Source of the DNA: Mobula hypostoma
Lineage: Eukaryota
Direction of reading: 5' to 3'
Assembly: GCF_963921235.1 (NCBI RefSeq)
Contig: NC_086097.1
Location: forward strand, 245,088,001 to 245,152,000
DNA length: 64,000 nt
Shown: in pieces, positions 37,216-50,158 of the stretch
How the letters are laid out: each line of letters begins with the position of its first letter
Numbering within the stretch: the stretch's first letter is position 1
The notes under the pieces: model-generated
What the model saw: the letters and a program-made list of their open reading frames with translations, nothing else
Database searches by the model: none
What the model was told of the DNA's origin: nothing
Position numbers and translations under genes: made by a program

Positions 37216-38784
37216 TGGAATCTGTAAATGGAACCAAGATTCAAATTGCATTTATTATCAAGTAATGTATAAAGTATACAACCTGGAGATTTGTTTGCTG
37301 ACAATCACAAAGCAAGGAACCTGAAAGAACCCAATTTAAAAAAAAAGACCAGTGCCCCCCCCCACCTCCACCCGGTGCTCACAGAGAAAGAGGGAAAAAA
37401 ACAACAAAATAAATCATATAAACAATAGAAGCGAGCATTCCGAACCAAGTCCTTAGATTCGGATCCATGGAGCAGCCTGGACTAGGCTCAAAGCCTTGTA
37501 TGCAGTTCATCATAGTAGACCATAAGATACAGGAGCAAGATTGTGTCATTTGGCCCATCGAGTCTGCTTTGCCATTTCATCGTGGCTGATCCAGTTTTCC
37601 TCTCAAGTCCAATTTCCTACCTTCTCCCTGTATCCCTTCATGCCCTGACCAATCAAGAATCTGTCAACCTCTGCCTAAAATATACTTAAAGACTTGGCCT
37701 CCATTGCTGCCTGTGGCAAAAATTTCCACATACATTCTAAAAGGATGCCCGTCTATTCTGAGGCTGTGTCCTCTAGTCTTAGACTCACCCATCATAGGAA
37801 ACAACTTCTCCACGTCCACTCTTTATCAGGCCTTTCAGCATTTGATAGGTTTCAATGAGGTCACCTCACATTATTCTGAATTCCAGTGAATAGAGCCCCA
37901 GAGCCATCAGATGCTCTTCATATGACAAGTCATTCAATCCTGGAATCATTTTTGTTAACCTTTGAATCCTCTCCAGTCTCAGCACATCCTTTCTAAGATA
38001 AGGGGCCCAAACCTGCTCATAGTCCTTCAGGTGACGCCTCACCAGTGCTTTATAAAGTCTCAACATTACATTCTTGCTTTTATATTCTAATCCTTTTGAA
38101 ATGAATGCTAACATTGCTTTTACCTTCCTCACCACAGACAAAACCTGCAAATTAACCTTTAGGGAATCATGCACAAGGACTTCCACGTCCCTCTGCACCT
38201 GAGTTTTTTTTTATATTTTCTTTCCATTTAGAAAATAGTCAACTCTTTCCTTTCTTCTACCAAAGTGCGTTACCATACACTTCCCAACACTGTATTCCAT
38301 CTGCCATTTCTTTGCCCATTCTGCTAATGTGTCTGAGTTTGTCTGTAGTCTCTCTACTTCCTCAAAACTACCTGCTCCTCCATCTATCTTCGTATTGTCT
38401 GAAAATTTTTCTATAAAGCCATCAATTCCATCATCCAAATCATTGACATAGAACATAAAAAGGAATTAGTCCCAACACAGACCCCTTTGGAACACCATTA
38501 GTCACCGGCAGCCAGCCAGAATAGGCTCCCTTCACTCCTACTCTTTGTCTCCCGCCAATCAGCCACTACTTCATCCATACTAGAATTTTTCCAATAATAC
38601 GATGGTCTTGTAGTTTGTTAAGCAACTTCGTGTGGCACCTTGTCAAAAGCCTTCTGAAAATCCAAGTACACAACATCAACTGATTTTCCTTTGTCTATCC
38701 TGCTTGTTATTTCTTCAAAGAATTCCAACAGATTTGTCAGGTAAAGTTTTTCCCTTGAGGAAGCCATGCTGACTATGGCCTGTC

Positions 38785-39345
38785 CAAGCAAGCAAGCAAG
38801 TTTATTTGTATAGCACTTTTCAAACACAAGGAAGTTCAAAGTGCTTTACATAGAAGAAGAAGAAGAAGAAGAAGAAGCAGAGCCTTCAACTCGGCAGTGG
38901 AGTTATCGGGGCACCGTCTTGACAGTGCTTCTGTAGCAAGCTGTTCTTGTTTTTACGAGGCTGAGTTGCTAGCTCGACGCTCAACCCAACTGAATTCGAA
39001 CTCGGGAACCTTTGCTCCGGAGTCCGGCGCTGATATTGTGCCACCAAGCGGGACGCTTTACATAGAACAAGATATATAAATCAAACATGAAATTTCAGAT
39101 GCTATATAAGAGAATAAAATCACACAAAAAATAGATATAATAAATAGAAGTTAGTGCAGGAGATTCTAATTAAAAGCCACAGCGAAAAAAGTTTTAACCC
39201 TCAATTTAAAAGAGCTTAAAGTTGGGACAGACTTCAAATCCTCTGGAAGGTTATTCCAGATATATGAAGCATAGTAACTAAAAGCTGATTCACCATGTTT
39301 AGTTTTGACCCTGGGACAGTAAGCAGACCTGCCCCCGACGACCTT
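38785..39345 (-). mobile_element. L2-clade LINE 3' end with (CTTG)n tail
   Basis: ORF 39166..39429 ends KTKHGESAFSYYASYIWNNLPEDLK...FKLRVKTFFAVAF. The 3' UTR has the tgtaaagcactttg...tgctatacaaataaa motif. Confidence 0.8.
38856..39054 (-). mobile_element. tRNA-headed SINE with RTE-like body, (TTC)n tail and 13-bp TSD
   Basis: TSD GCTTTACATAGAA at 38843-38855 and 39055-39067. The minus strand has an A box (TGGTGGCACAAT) and a B box (GAGTTCGAATTC). Confidence 0.85.
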
Positions 39346-41759
39346 CATAATATAGCAAGAGATCGGAGATCTAATACAATACCCTGAAACCTCATCCTTT
39401 AATAGTCGACTCCAACACCTTCCCAACAACTGAGGTCAGACTAACTGACTTTTAGTTCCCTTTCTTCTGCCTCTCTCCCTTCTTGAAGAGTGGAGGGACA
39501 TCTGCAATTTTCCAGTCTCTGGAACCGCTCTAGAATCTAATGATTCTTGAAAGATCATTATTAATGCCTCCATGATCTCTTCAGCCACCTCGTTCACAAC
39601 TCCGGGGTGTACACCATTTGGTCCAGGTGATTTATCTACCTTCAGACTTTTCAGTTTCCCAAGAACCTTCTTGCTAGTTATGGTAACTATGTGCATTTCA
39701 TTCTCCCTGACACCTAGAGCTTCCACCATAGTGCTAGTGTCTTCCACAGTGAAAACTTATGCAAAATACTTATTCATTTTGTTCACCATTTTGTTGTTCC
39801 GTATTACTACCTTTCCAGCGGTCCGATATCCACTCTTGCCTCCCTTTTATACTTTATCTGTCTGAAGAAACTTTAAGTACCCTCTTTAACATAATTGGCT
39901 AGCTTACTTTTGTATTCCATCTTTACCTTAATGATTTTTTTAGTTGCCTTTTAAAAGCTTCCCAATCCTCTAACTTCCCACTAATTTTTGCTCAATTATA
40001 TGCCCTCTCTTTGGCTTTTATTTTGGCTTTGACATCTGGTTGTGTCATCTTCCCTTTAGAATACTACTTTTTCTTTGGGATGTATATATCCTGTGCCTTC
40101 CGAATTGCTTCCAGAAATTCCATCCATTGCTACTGTGCTGTCATCCCTGCCAATGTTCTTTTCCAGTCAATTCTGGCCAACTTCTCTCTCATGCCTCAGT
40201 AATTCCCTTTCCTCCACTGTAATACTAATAATCTGAGCAGGGCAAATTGCTGCAAAGTTAGCAGTGGGATGGGTAGTGGACCGTAAGGAGAGAAAGTAAC
40301 ATAGCGAGTGTGGATTATCCAAAGGTAGAAGCTTCATTAATACCACCATTGGGTTGTCGGCTACCCAGGCAGATTATGAATTACTCTTAGGCAGTGGAGG
40401 GTAGGGAATCAGAGGTTGTCAAAATAGTGCAGAGTGTGAGAGGTGCCATGGATGTAGCAGAAGGGCAACTAGACAAGTAGATTTGGAACAGAGTTGAGGT
40501 ATGAGGAAAAAAATCCTGTTAGGATCTTCTATGTCGGTAAAGATGTTTTCATTTGTTTTGGGGTTAGGAAATTCTGTTGAAGAGAAAATGGATCCAGGTG
40601 AGGGAAAAGGAAGAAAAATTAGCACTAGTCATTTGAAAACCGTTTTCTTAAGCTGAATTGGATTGGAGCCTATAGTGGACCATTGAAAGTTTGCTTTATA
40701 GAAGGAAAATATTTGTTCTAGCCGGATATAACGTCTTGCTGAGAAACCTCTTTGGAGAATACTGCAAAGTATGCAGTCTTTTATGTTTTCTAGAAGAGAC
40801 GTTACTCATCTGTTCAACAGTGATCTTGGGTGGTAGTTTTTGTTCTTGCTGATTGAGTGTTCAGGTCTCATTCCAGGACTTTGCATAATGTCATGCCTGA
40901 CACTGTAATGCCACATAATCAATGAAGTGTATTTTGAGTTGGTGGTTTAAAATCTCATCCATGTAGGTCAATGTGAAAAGGTTCCATGCACTGTCAGGGA
41001 ACAACAGGGAGTTTTTCCTCATTCCTTGCCAATCATGTCATCTTTCAACCAGCATAAACATAAAGAAATTAACTGACTGTTAAGACTTAATTGTTGTCTG
41101 CAGTTCCCTTGTGCCTAAATTGACTCGTGCATATCTCTGTGCTATTGGCTGTAACTGAAAGTCATAAACTGAATTTTGCAGTAGTTTGTTTTATTGGGAA
41201 ACTTTTGGAATGACCCCGCTCATTGATTTTTGCAAAAGTTTTCTATTCACTAAGACAAAAATCTATGAATGCTGCAAAATTTCTCTTTGAATGCCCAAGT
41301 TAAATCCAGGGGATTGGAGCATTTGCTTTGTTCTAGCAATTTCCCTTAATCACAACATCAGAACGTTCCCTGACTCTGGATGCGAGCATTTGCTTCTTGT
41401 GATAATGATGGGAATATCCAAATTCACTTAGAAAGGAGTCATGAAAATGAAAGGCAGCACTCTGTCCCTGGGGCATCTTCACTTTCTGTTTTGGCAAGCT
41501 GAAAGAATGGTTATGTATCCAAATAATAATTACTTAGTCAGCTTATGGTACAGTTTAACTAATCTTGTAATATTGTAAGTAGGTTGTCTCTAATATTGGC
41601 TGAAATCATCTTTCCTTTGAGCATTGATAGTTTTGTTCACAGTTCCGTAAAGTCTAACTTATCAAACTGCAGTAGTTGAGAAATGTGAATGATACTGGGC
41701 TAAATTAATATCTTCAGTAGGAATTGAATGTTTACCGCTTCCTGCACTGTGCAGTATAT

Positions 41760-42145
41760 CAAGTTTAAATTTATTGTCATCTGACTGTACATATATACAA
41801 CCAAACGAAACAATGTTCCTCTGGACCATGGTGCACCCACAAAATAAATACCACGTATCAGCACATAAAACAAAATATTACCACAAATAAGTTAATAAAA
41901 TTAGAAAAGATAATTCAGTGTATGTAGTGCACAGCACAGGTAAAGAGTAAACAGTACTAGTACAGTAAACAGCTCGCTGTCCTAGTGACGAGACCTCGGT
42001 GGTGGCAGGGTTGGGGTATTCATTCGTCTCACAGACTTGCCCATACTGGCAGTCCTAGTTCTAATGCTCCTGTACCACCTTCCTGACAGTAGTGGGTCAA
42101 AGAGATTGTGAGATGGGTGGTAGGGATCCTCAGCAACGCTTCGGG
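41760..42145 (-). mobile_element. Rex1/Babar-like LINE 3' fragment
   Basis: tttattgtcat tail and ctcctgtaccaccttcctgacagtag (LPSGRRYRS-type region on the minus strand). Confidence 0.6.
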
Positions 42146-42537
42146 TGTTGCTAAATAATGCAAAATGATGTCTGGAAAATAAATTGCAGTACTTTCATTG
42201 CCTCAGTTTGAATTTAAGATAATGCAGACAGACCATTGTGGCGTTTTATAAATATGCACCTGGCTTGCAGCATTTTATTTGTGTTGTGCATGGATAGTTT
42301 GGAATCTGCCAAGTTCATTTTGTTTTTGTATGTCATGTGGTGGCAATTTTTCATGTTATCTGCTGAAACGGGAAGATTTGTTCCATCTGTTTAGCTGTCC
42401 TTAGCAACTTATCATTTGGAAATATGTTCAATTATCAATTCTTTCCTCCCATGCACAATGCATCAAACATTTGTCCACAGCTTTCTTTAAAAATTTCAAG
42501 TTCTAACCTCATTTTTTTTTCCTTCTTGATGCTGTAG

Positions 42538-42635
42538 TGCTCCCCTTGGCCAGACAATGCATATGTGAACAGTAGTCCTTCTGCCACTCCTGCATTTGCA
42601 CCAGGGCAAGTTGGTGCTTACAGTGTTCCTGACAG
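42538..42635 (+). CDS. UBP1: UBP1 coding exon: CSPWPDNAYVNSSPSATPAFAPGQVGAYSVPD(S)
   Basis: Long pyrimidine tract with acceptor gctgtag| and donor |gtacgg. Length 98 nt, phase 0 to 2. CSPWP...YVN.SPS family motif. Confidence 0.92.
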
Positions 42636-42790
42636 GTACGGCATTGTCAGAATAGTTTAATACACTTAATCTACAGTGGTTATTAGCCCTGGTATGCTTA
42701 ATATCTCAAAATACAGATACGGTCTTCTTCCTTTTTTAAAAAAAATGCCTGAAGTCGGAACTGCATCTCATAAATGCTGTTGTTTTGCAG

Positions 42791-42845
42791 TAATTCCTCT
42801 TCGCCAAATCATCAAGGAGAAGGAACACCACAGTTTGTAGTGGAG
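42791..42845 (+). CDS. UBP1: UBP1 coding exon: (S)NSSSPNHQGEGTPQFVVE
   Basis: Acceptor ttttgcag| and donor |gtatgt. Length 55 nt, phase 2 to 0. Matches the recalled UBP1 segment SNSSSPNHQGDG. Confidence 0.9.
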
Positions 42846-43779
42846 GTATGTGACTGCACGGCAGTAAAGATTATTTCTGGTGGGCAGTGGATTACCTTTA
42901 TCAAAAAGAAAATATTTTTTGTTACAAAAGCTGTCTTCTCTGATTTTTGAAAACATTAAGTTCGCAGCATGAAATAGATAACGATATGGTCTTTTGGGGT
43001 GAACTTGGAAAAAGCTGCTTCCTTTACTGTCTTACCTTTCTACTATCCACGATTGCTTTATTTGTGCAGCTGCCTACGAAGAAAAAAGACTGAGGGTGAA
43101 TAACTGTTCAACTGGGAATATAACATTCTCCCCATGACTGTGTGGATTTCTTCCAGGTGCTCCAGTTTCTTTCCACGTCCCAAAAATGTACAGTTAGGGT
43201 TTGGAAGTTGTGGGCATGCTGTGTTGGTGCCAGAAACTTGGCAACACTGGTGGGCTACCCAGCACAATCCTCGCTGATTTGATTTGATGCAAATGAAGCA
43301 TTTCACTGTAAGATTCAATGTACATTGATAAATAAAGCTAATTTTCATGTTATCAAATGGTAACTATTGCATTTTTTAAGGATTTATTTGGTGCATGTAT
43401 GAAAAATAATCTGCTCAATTATAATTTGGTTGAGCAGACATCCTAAATAAAATATTGAGGATTTACTGTTCTCAATTTGATGTAGAGTCTCTTTAAAGTG
43501 AAGATGTTGTTGGAATGCAGATTGCTTTTAATATCAGGCAAATCTGTCAGGGCTCTAGCAGGCCTTCAGTGATGTGTTTCAGTTTCAAACTGTTGTGCAG
43601 GGTTTTGAATGATATCACAGAATAAGCATTCCTTTAATGCCATAGAATAGTAAATCCAATTGCTAAGTATAGTTTTCTTTCTAAAAAATGAATTGGTTTT
43701 CTTGGATTAAACTGGTTTGATTCAGCTGCTAGTTTCCAGTTAATGTAGGGGTAGTGGAACTAAAAGAGGTATTTTCAGA

Positions 43780-43990
43780 ATAACACACAAAATGCTGGAG
43801 GAATTCAACAAGTCAGGCAGCATCCATGGAAAAGAATAAATAGTATACTCAACAGGATCAGGAGAAAATCTGCAGAAGCTGGAAATCCAAGCAACACACA
43901 CAAAATGCTGGAGAAACTGAGCAGGCCAGGCAGCATCAAAGGAAAAGAGTGCAGTCAACGTTTCGGGCTGAAACCCTTCGGCAGGACCCA
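43780..43990 (-). mobile_element. Tandem Penelope-derived terminal repeats with a near-intact hammerhead motif
   Basis: Minus strand gtc-CTGCCGA-agggtttcagccc-GAAA-cGTT-gac (about 43953-43987), with one core mismatch. Confidence 0.7.
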
Positions 43991-44829
43991 ACAGCAACTT
44001 GTTTCAAAATAACTTGTTCAAAGGCTTAGGGAATGATGTACCAGATCATGGTCCTTCTGTGAAAAGCTTTGTTGGTGGGAAATATAAAGATATGTGCATT
44101 ATCCAATAATTTAGCAATACAATGGATTCCAGTTAATTGACTACTGATTAATTGGGGCAGATGTTTATTTGGGACAGGTCTTAAAAAACAAAAACTAATT
44201 GAGATGTTGCAATGCATTTTTGGTATGAACTGTATTGTTTGATGTTATCCCCAAATTTAAATAGCTGTTCTAAATCCTCTCCAAACAATGGGCCAGGATC
44301 AGAGCTGTTTCCTAAGCTTTTATAAGTCAAGTACTGATGAAGGGTCTTAGCCCGAAATGCCAATTACTTATTCCCCTCCATAGATCTGCTGAGTTCCTCT
44401 GGATTTCCAAGTTCTAAATCTCTTAGGCTTTGCTTTTATAAGTCTTGATGTAGACTATTCTGTTGTCTAGATTCCAGCTTACTATCATTTTCTGTTACCC
44501 GTTCTGACTTCACATGAAGTGGTCTTGATTTTGAGTCATACTCTGTGAAAGGCATGTTGAAAATTAACCATCTTCTTCTGAATATATTTTTGAGATCTGG
44601 GCTTAATTACAAAGAGCAATTTTTTGTTGTTCATCTCTACTTGCTGTTGAATGTAGCAGTGAGCTGCTGCGATGAACCATTGCAGACATTTGTGTTCATG
44701 ATGATGCTGAATGGGGAACTGATTTCATCCTAGCAGTGATAGAGAAACTAGCAACATATTCCCAGGTCAAGCTATTATATAATTTTAAGGATATCCTTGA
44801 ACAGATATTATACCCATGATAAATATCTG

Positions 44830-45380
44830 CAGGAGAGGGCGTACAGGAGTGAGATATATCAGCTAGTTGAGTGGTGTTGCAGCGACAACCTCGCTCTCAA
44901 TGTCAGTAATACCAAAGGACTAGTTGTGGACTTCAGAAAGGGTAAGACAAAGGAACACACATCAGTCCTCAGGGATCAGCAGTGGAGAGAGTGAGCAGTT
45001 TCAAGTTCCTGGTTGTCAATATCTCAGAGGATCTATCCTGGGCAGGATATCTATCAATGTTGCTACAAAGAAGGCACCACAGTGGCTATATTTTATTTGG
45101 AGTTTGATGAGATTTAGTATGTCACCAAAGACACTTGGAAATTTCTACATATGTACCATGGAGAGTATTCTGACTGGCTGCATCACCATCTGGTATGGGG
45201 GTGGGGGGTTACTGTACAGAATCAAAGTAAGATGTAGAGAGTGGTAAACTTAATTAACTCCATTATGGGCACTAGCCTCCATTGTATCCAGGGCATCTTC
45301 AAGGAGCGATGCCTCAAAAAAGCAGCATCCATATTAAGAACCTCCATCACCCAAGACTTAAACCTCTTCTCATTGAAGTA
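44830..45380 (+). mobile_element. Rex1/Babar LINE RT fragment
   Basis: YRSEIYQLVEWCCSDNLALNVSNTKGLVVDFRK and ESILTGCITIWYG. Confidence 0.8.
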
Positions 45381-46314
45381 GCCTCGGCAAATAACTGCAG
45401 TGTATTTTGTAGATATTATACAATGTAACCACTTTGTACGGTGGTTGAGTGAGTGGGCTACTTTATCATGGATTGTTTTGACTGACCTTGAGTTTTGGAA
45501 GATGGACTCATTGAGCAGGTCAGAGAAATAGATCAATGTTCAGTTCCCGCCGATATCTCTAAGGAGTTTGTATGCTCTTCCCATGACTGCGTGGATTTCC
45601 TCTGGGTGCTCCGGTTTCCTCCCAATTTCCAATGACTTACAAGTTCAGGTTAGTAAGTTGTGGGCATGCTGTGTTAGGACTGAAAGCACGGCTGCCCTGC
45701 ACAATCCTCACTAATTTAAGTCTGCAGAAGAATTCTCGCAAGTTCTCCAAGATGCTTGGATTCGCTAAGGTACATAGCAGTATACCTTAGAGAATTGAGG
45801 CAGTTTTAAAGGCAAGGGGTGGTCACGCCAAGTATTGATTTGATTTACTAGCAAAAGAAAATCTGCAGATGCTGGAAATCCAAGCAACACATATAAAATG
45901 CGGGAGGAACTCTGCAGGCCAGGCAGCATCTATGGAAAAGAGTACAGTCAATGTTTCAGGCTGAGACCCTTTATCAGGACTGGAGAAAAAAAGAATGAGG
46001 AGTCAGAGTTAGAAGGTGGGGGAGGAGGAGAGGTGATTTGATTTAGTTTTTTTTTAACCGTTTACTGCTCTTTATAGTAATTCTTTTGATATTTAGAAGC
46101 TTTTCACTTCATTTATTTTGAAAGCATCATCGCTTTACAGAATGATTTTTACATGTGCTTAAGACTTTTGAACAGTACTATACTTTGAACTTTGAGAGGG
46201 ATAATAAATCAGCCATGATGGAGCAGACTCGATGGGCTGAATAGCATAATTCTGTTCCTTATATATAGCTTTTACTTTTCTGGACTAAAACATGACCTGA
46301 AATAGTTACAAGTA

Positions 46315-46468
46315 CAGGTCAGCCTTCACTAATCCGACTACCTGTATCCAGTTCCTTCGATAATCCAGCACTGATATATGCTTAATGTGATCCTTCTGTA
46401 ATTTGGCATTTTCACTAATCCGGCACTCCTCAGGTCCCAATGGTGCCGGATTAGTGAAGGTCGACCTG
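46315..46468. mobile_element. Tc1/pogo (Tigger-like) MITE
   Basis: TA|CAGGTCAGCCTTCACTAATCCG ... CGGATTAGTGAAGGTCGACCTG|TA: about 22-bp TIRs, TA TSD and internal copies of the taatccggcact motif. Confidence 0.85.
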
Positions 46469-46713
46469 TATCATGTACCGCCCTCAAAGGCTTTATTTAC
46501 TTTTTGTTCTAAAATGTACAAGACATTCTAAACAAACAGTACCATGTAATATATCTGTCAAAAAAAAGGGAGAAATATTTTTCGAAGATCAGTGCTTTAA
46601 TGCATTCGACACATTGGTTGGGTTTGCAGCAGGAAGGTTTAATGCTTCGTCAATATATTTTGAGACCTGATTGAAATTAATAACATTTCCTTTTCCTTCA
46701 CCTTCTCCTGCAG

Positions 46714-46807
46714 CAACTCTGCCCGGCATCAACAATACAGGAGGCCCAGCAATGGTTGCACAAGAATCGATTCTCAACGTACGCAAGATTATTTTCAAAC
46801 TTCTCAG
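46714..46807 (+). CDS. UBP1: UBP1 coding exon (SAM-like domain start): [31 protein letters not shown](G)
   Basis: Pyrimidine tract with acceptor ctgcag| and donor |gtaccg. Length 94 nt, phase 0 to 1. [17 protein letters not shown] motif. Confidence 0.94.
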
Positions 46808-47181
46808 GTACCGTTTGCTGGTGTTTGCATTACAAAAAAAAACTGTGGTTAAGTCACTAAAAAGTAATGCTAACTGTTGAAATGAGATGTGAAATGGGAT
46901 TTTGTGGTCCTTCTGGAAACATGTAAGAATGCAGAATTAGTTCCCATTCTCAACTTAATCTTTGGAACTGCTGAATGAATATCTGTTTCCCCCAGTAGGA
47001 GTAGGTAGGTCAAGAATGTAGGTAAAAGGGGAGTAATTTAAAAACAAACAAACCCTAGCTCTATTCTAAGATTGAATTGCCAAAGATCAGTTCGTCTCTG
47101 CCGATGGTACTTGGATCTGAGAAGGATAGTAAAACAAATTGGCACCAGGATTCCAATAAATGGCACAATTAATATCTCAGC

Positions 47182-47545
47182 CTTTATACTTTATACTTTA
47201 TTGTCGCCAAACGATACTGGAACATACAATCATCATAGCGATATTTGATTTTGCGCTTCCCGCTCCCTGGATTACAAATCGATAGTAAATATTAAAAATT
47301 TAAATTATAAGTCATAAGTAGAAAATAGGAAAATGGAAAGTAAGGTAGTGCAAAAAAACCGAGATGCAGGTCTGGATATTTGGAGAGTACGGCCCAGATC
47401 CGGGTCAGGATCCGTTCAGCAGTCTTATCACAGTTGGAAAGAAGCTGTTCCCAAATCTGGCCGTACGAGTCTTCAAGCTCCTGAGCCTTCTCCCGGAGGG
47501 AAGAGGGACGAAAAGTGTGTTGGTTGGGTGGGTCGTGTCCTTGAG
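47182..47545 (-). mobile_element. Rex1/Babar LINE 3' end
   Basis: LPSGRRLRSLKTRTARFGNSFFPTVIRLLN with a (tataaag)n tail. Confidence 0.8.
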
Positions 47546-47709
47546 AAGGAAGTGGATTTTTTTTTGCTTAACGCAATTGCAAATAAATATCTGTAGTACC
47601 AGTGTAAGGAAACACAAAGTATATTGTTCACATCCAAGTCAAGAAACTTAAATTCTTAAACTGTGTTAAAGTCCCATAATTTGTGTGTCACTGAAGATTC
47701 TTTCCACAG

Positions 47710-47800
47710 GTTCAGATTTATTAAAGTTGACTCGAGATGATCTGGTCCAGATCTGTGGCTCCGCCGATGGAATTAGATTGTACAATGCACTTAAAGCAAG
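47710..47800 (+). CDS. UBP1: UBP1 coding exon: (G)[29 protein letters not shown](R)
   Basis: Acceptor ttccacag| and donor |gtaacg. Length 91 nt, phase 1 to 2. [21 protein letters not shown] motif. Confidence 0.95.
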
Positions 47801-48439
47801 GTAACGTTTCAGAAACCAAATAAAATCCTTTGCTTAAATAGAAGATGACAAAATCTGTTTATCTCTTGGGTTTGATTTCAAAATATCAGTGTACATGGCA
47901 ATATCCACATTATTATATACAGTAAATGTAATTAAAATCAGTACATTTTCCCTGTATTTTTAGTATGAAGCTAACAGATTTTATATCATTCCTTATGTGT
48001 AAGATTCTGCAGTTGTTATTTGGAGTTGAAATAATTGCAACCAGGTTGCTTGAGATGATTGTGAGGATTAATCTGGGGTTCACAACCCTTTTGGTTAATG
48101 GTAAGGCTCCATTTATAAAAAAAAGGTTGGGAACTCCTGATCTAGAGTCAATTATTTGTCTGGGAGGAACACATCCCAGGCAGCAATTGACTCCATATGT
48201 TTTTAAGCTGTTCCCTGAAATCATGTATGGGTCAGTTTGTATCCAAAGGTCCTACAGCTGTTCTAAAAAATACTGAAAATGTAGATAACTCTTTAAGCTA
48301 TTTAATACACAGGTCTTTAAAAGACTACTGAAAAATAGCATGTTTTACAACTGTATAGTATGTAGAGGAGGAAGATATGATCTCCAAATTCTGTTAATGT
48401 GGGCCCTTGTATTAGACTGTGAGAGACACTTCAGAAGTA

Positions 48440-48760
48440 TGAGGGGTGATTGATAAGTTCGTGGCCTAAGGTAGAAGGAGTCAGTTTTAGAAAACCTAGC
48501 ACATTTATTTTTCAACATCGTCCCCTCCTACATTTACACTCTTAGTCCAGAGGTCGTGGAGCATACGGATCTTGAACCTCCAGAAAGTGTCCACAGCAGG
48601 GGTTATTGATAAGTTGGTGACCTATGGTAGAAGGAGATGAGCTGTACAGAAAGTTTGAAGTTAATAACATCTCCTTCTACCTTAGGCCACGAACATCAAT
48701 CACCCCTGATGAGTTATTAACATCAAACTTTCTGCATAATCCTTCAGAGTTGAACTGCAG
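48440..48760. mobile_element. Rearranged mariner-like MITE with three TIR copies
   Basis: TA-TGAGGGGTGATTGATAAGTTCGTGGCCTAAGGTAGAAGGAG at 48440, a direct copy at about 48598 and an inverted copy at about 48671-48707. Confidence 0.7.
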
Positions 48761-48761
48761 T

Positions 48762-49463
48762 GCATTCCACGCACCAACCACACTCTGAGTTAAAAAACCT
48801 TCCTCTAATGTCCCCCTTGAACTTCCCACCCCTTACCTTAAAGCCATGTCCTCTTGTATTGAGCAGTGGTGCCCTGGGGAAGAGGCGCCGGCTATCCACT
48901 CTTATCTATTCCTCTTAATATCTTGTACAGCTCTATCATGTCTCCTCTCATCCTCCTTCTGTCCAAAGAGTAAAACCCTAGCTCCCTTAATCTCTGATCA
49001 TAATGCATACTCTCTAAACCAGGCAGCATCCTGGTAAATCTCCTCTGTACCCTTTCCAATGCTTCCACATCCTTCCTATAGTGAGGCGACCAGAACTGGA
49101 CACAGTACTCCAAGTGTGGCCTCACCAGAGTTTTATAGAGCTGCATCATTACATCGTGACTCTTAAACTCTATCCCTCGACTTATGAAAGCTAACACCCC
49201 ATAAGCTTTCTTAACTATCCTATCTACCTGTGAGGCAACTTTCAGGGATCTGTGGACATGTACCCCCAGATCCCTTTGGTCCTCCACACTACCAAATATC
49301 CTGCCATTTACTTTGTACTCTGCCTTGGAGTTTGTCCTTCCAAAGTGTACCACCTCACACTTCTCCGGGTTGAACTCCATCTGCCACTTCTCAGCCCACT
49401 TCTGCATCCTGTCAGTGTCTCTCTGCAATCTTCGACAATCCTCTACACTATCTACAACACCAC
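48762..49463 (-). mobile_element. CR1 LINE RT C-terminal fragment (young, long open frame)
   Basis: ORF 48892..49428 WQMEFNPEKC...RPHLEYCVQFWSPHYRKD. Confidence 0.9.
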
Positions 49464-50058
49464 CATGGGACTGTTTAATGTCTTTTTCTCAGTTAGTGGA
49501 TAAATATGGTTTACCTAATGTACATTTCTCTAGATATTTACAAATTAGGAATTTTTTACGTGGTTTGCTGCCAAATTATCCTTCTGCTTATCCACCTAAT
49601 ATGACAGATGCTCTTTTTCAGCTTAAACCACTTCAAAAAGGGTTGATAGCTATAATTTATAAATGGATATTGAATTTATAAATGATAACTAATGATAAAA
49701 TTAAACGTGCTTGGGAATTGGAAGTTCAAGAGTCATTTTCAGATAATCAATAGAGTAAAACTCTTCATTTGGTTAATAACTCATCTATTTGTGCCCATCA
49801 TTCCTTGATACAGTTCAAGGTAGTGCATCGGGCCCATATGTCAAAGGATAAACTAGCACGTATTTTTTCCAACATCAATCCTGTTTGTGACAGATGTAAT
49901 AGTGAGTTGGCCACTTTAACTCATATGTTTTGGTCTTGTATAAGGCTAGATAATCTTTGGAGAGATGTTTTTAAAATATTATCAAAAGTCTTGGATCTGG
50001 ACCTACAACCTAATTATGACAATATTTGGGATTACCCCATCGAAACCAGGATATATTC

Positions 50059-50096
50059 CAGTCCTGACGAAGGGTCTCGGCCTGAAACGTCGACTG
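50059..50096 (+). ncRNA. Minimal type I hammerhead ribozyme motif (best-preserved copy)
   Basis: cagtc-CTGACGA-agggtctcggcct-GAAA-cGTC-gactg: 5-bp stem I, canonical core, GUC cleavage triplet and palindromic ACGT in place of stem III. Confidence 0.75.
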
Positions 50097-50158
50097 TACC
50101 TCTTCCTAGAGATGCTGCCTGGCCTGCTGCATTCACCAGCAACTTTGATGTGTGTTGC
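50060..50158 (+). mobile_element. 99-bp Penelope-derived insertion with 9-bp TSD
   Basis: ATATATTCC at 50051-50059 and 50159-50167. The insertion interrupts the L1 ORF2 frame. Confidence 0.88.

Larger units (their letters stand above)
37518..40230 (-). mobile_element. CR1 LINE ORF2 remnant interrupted by an L2 fragment
   Basis: ORFs contain VDKSPGPNG, YLDFQKAFDKVPH, KFSDNTKI and WAPYLRKD. Confidence 0.85.

Noticed and set aside
38990..39054. tRNA gene
   Set aside because: A and B boxes are present, but they form the head of a TSD-flanked SINE with a simple-repeat tail, and no complete cloverleaf is evident.
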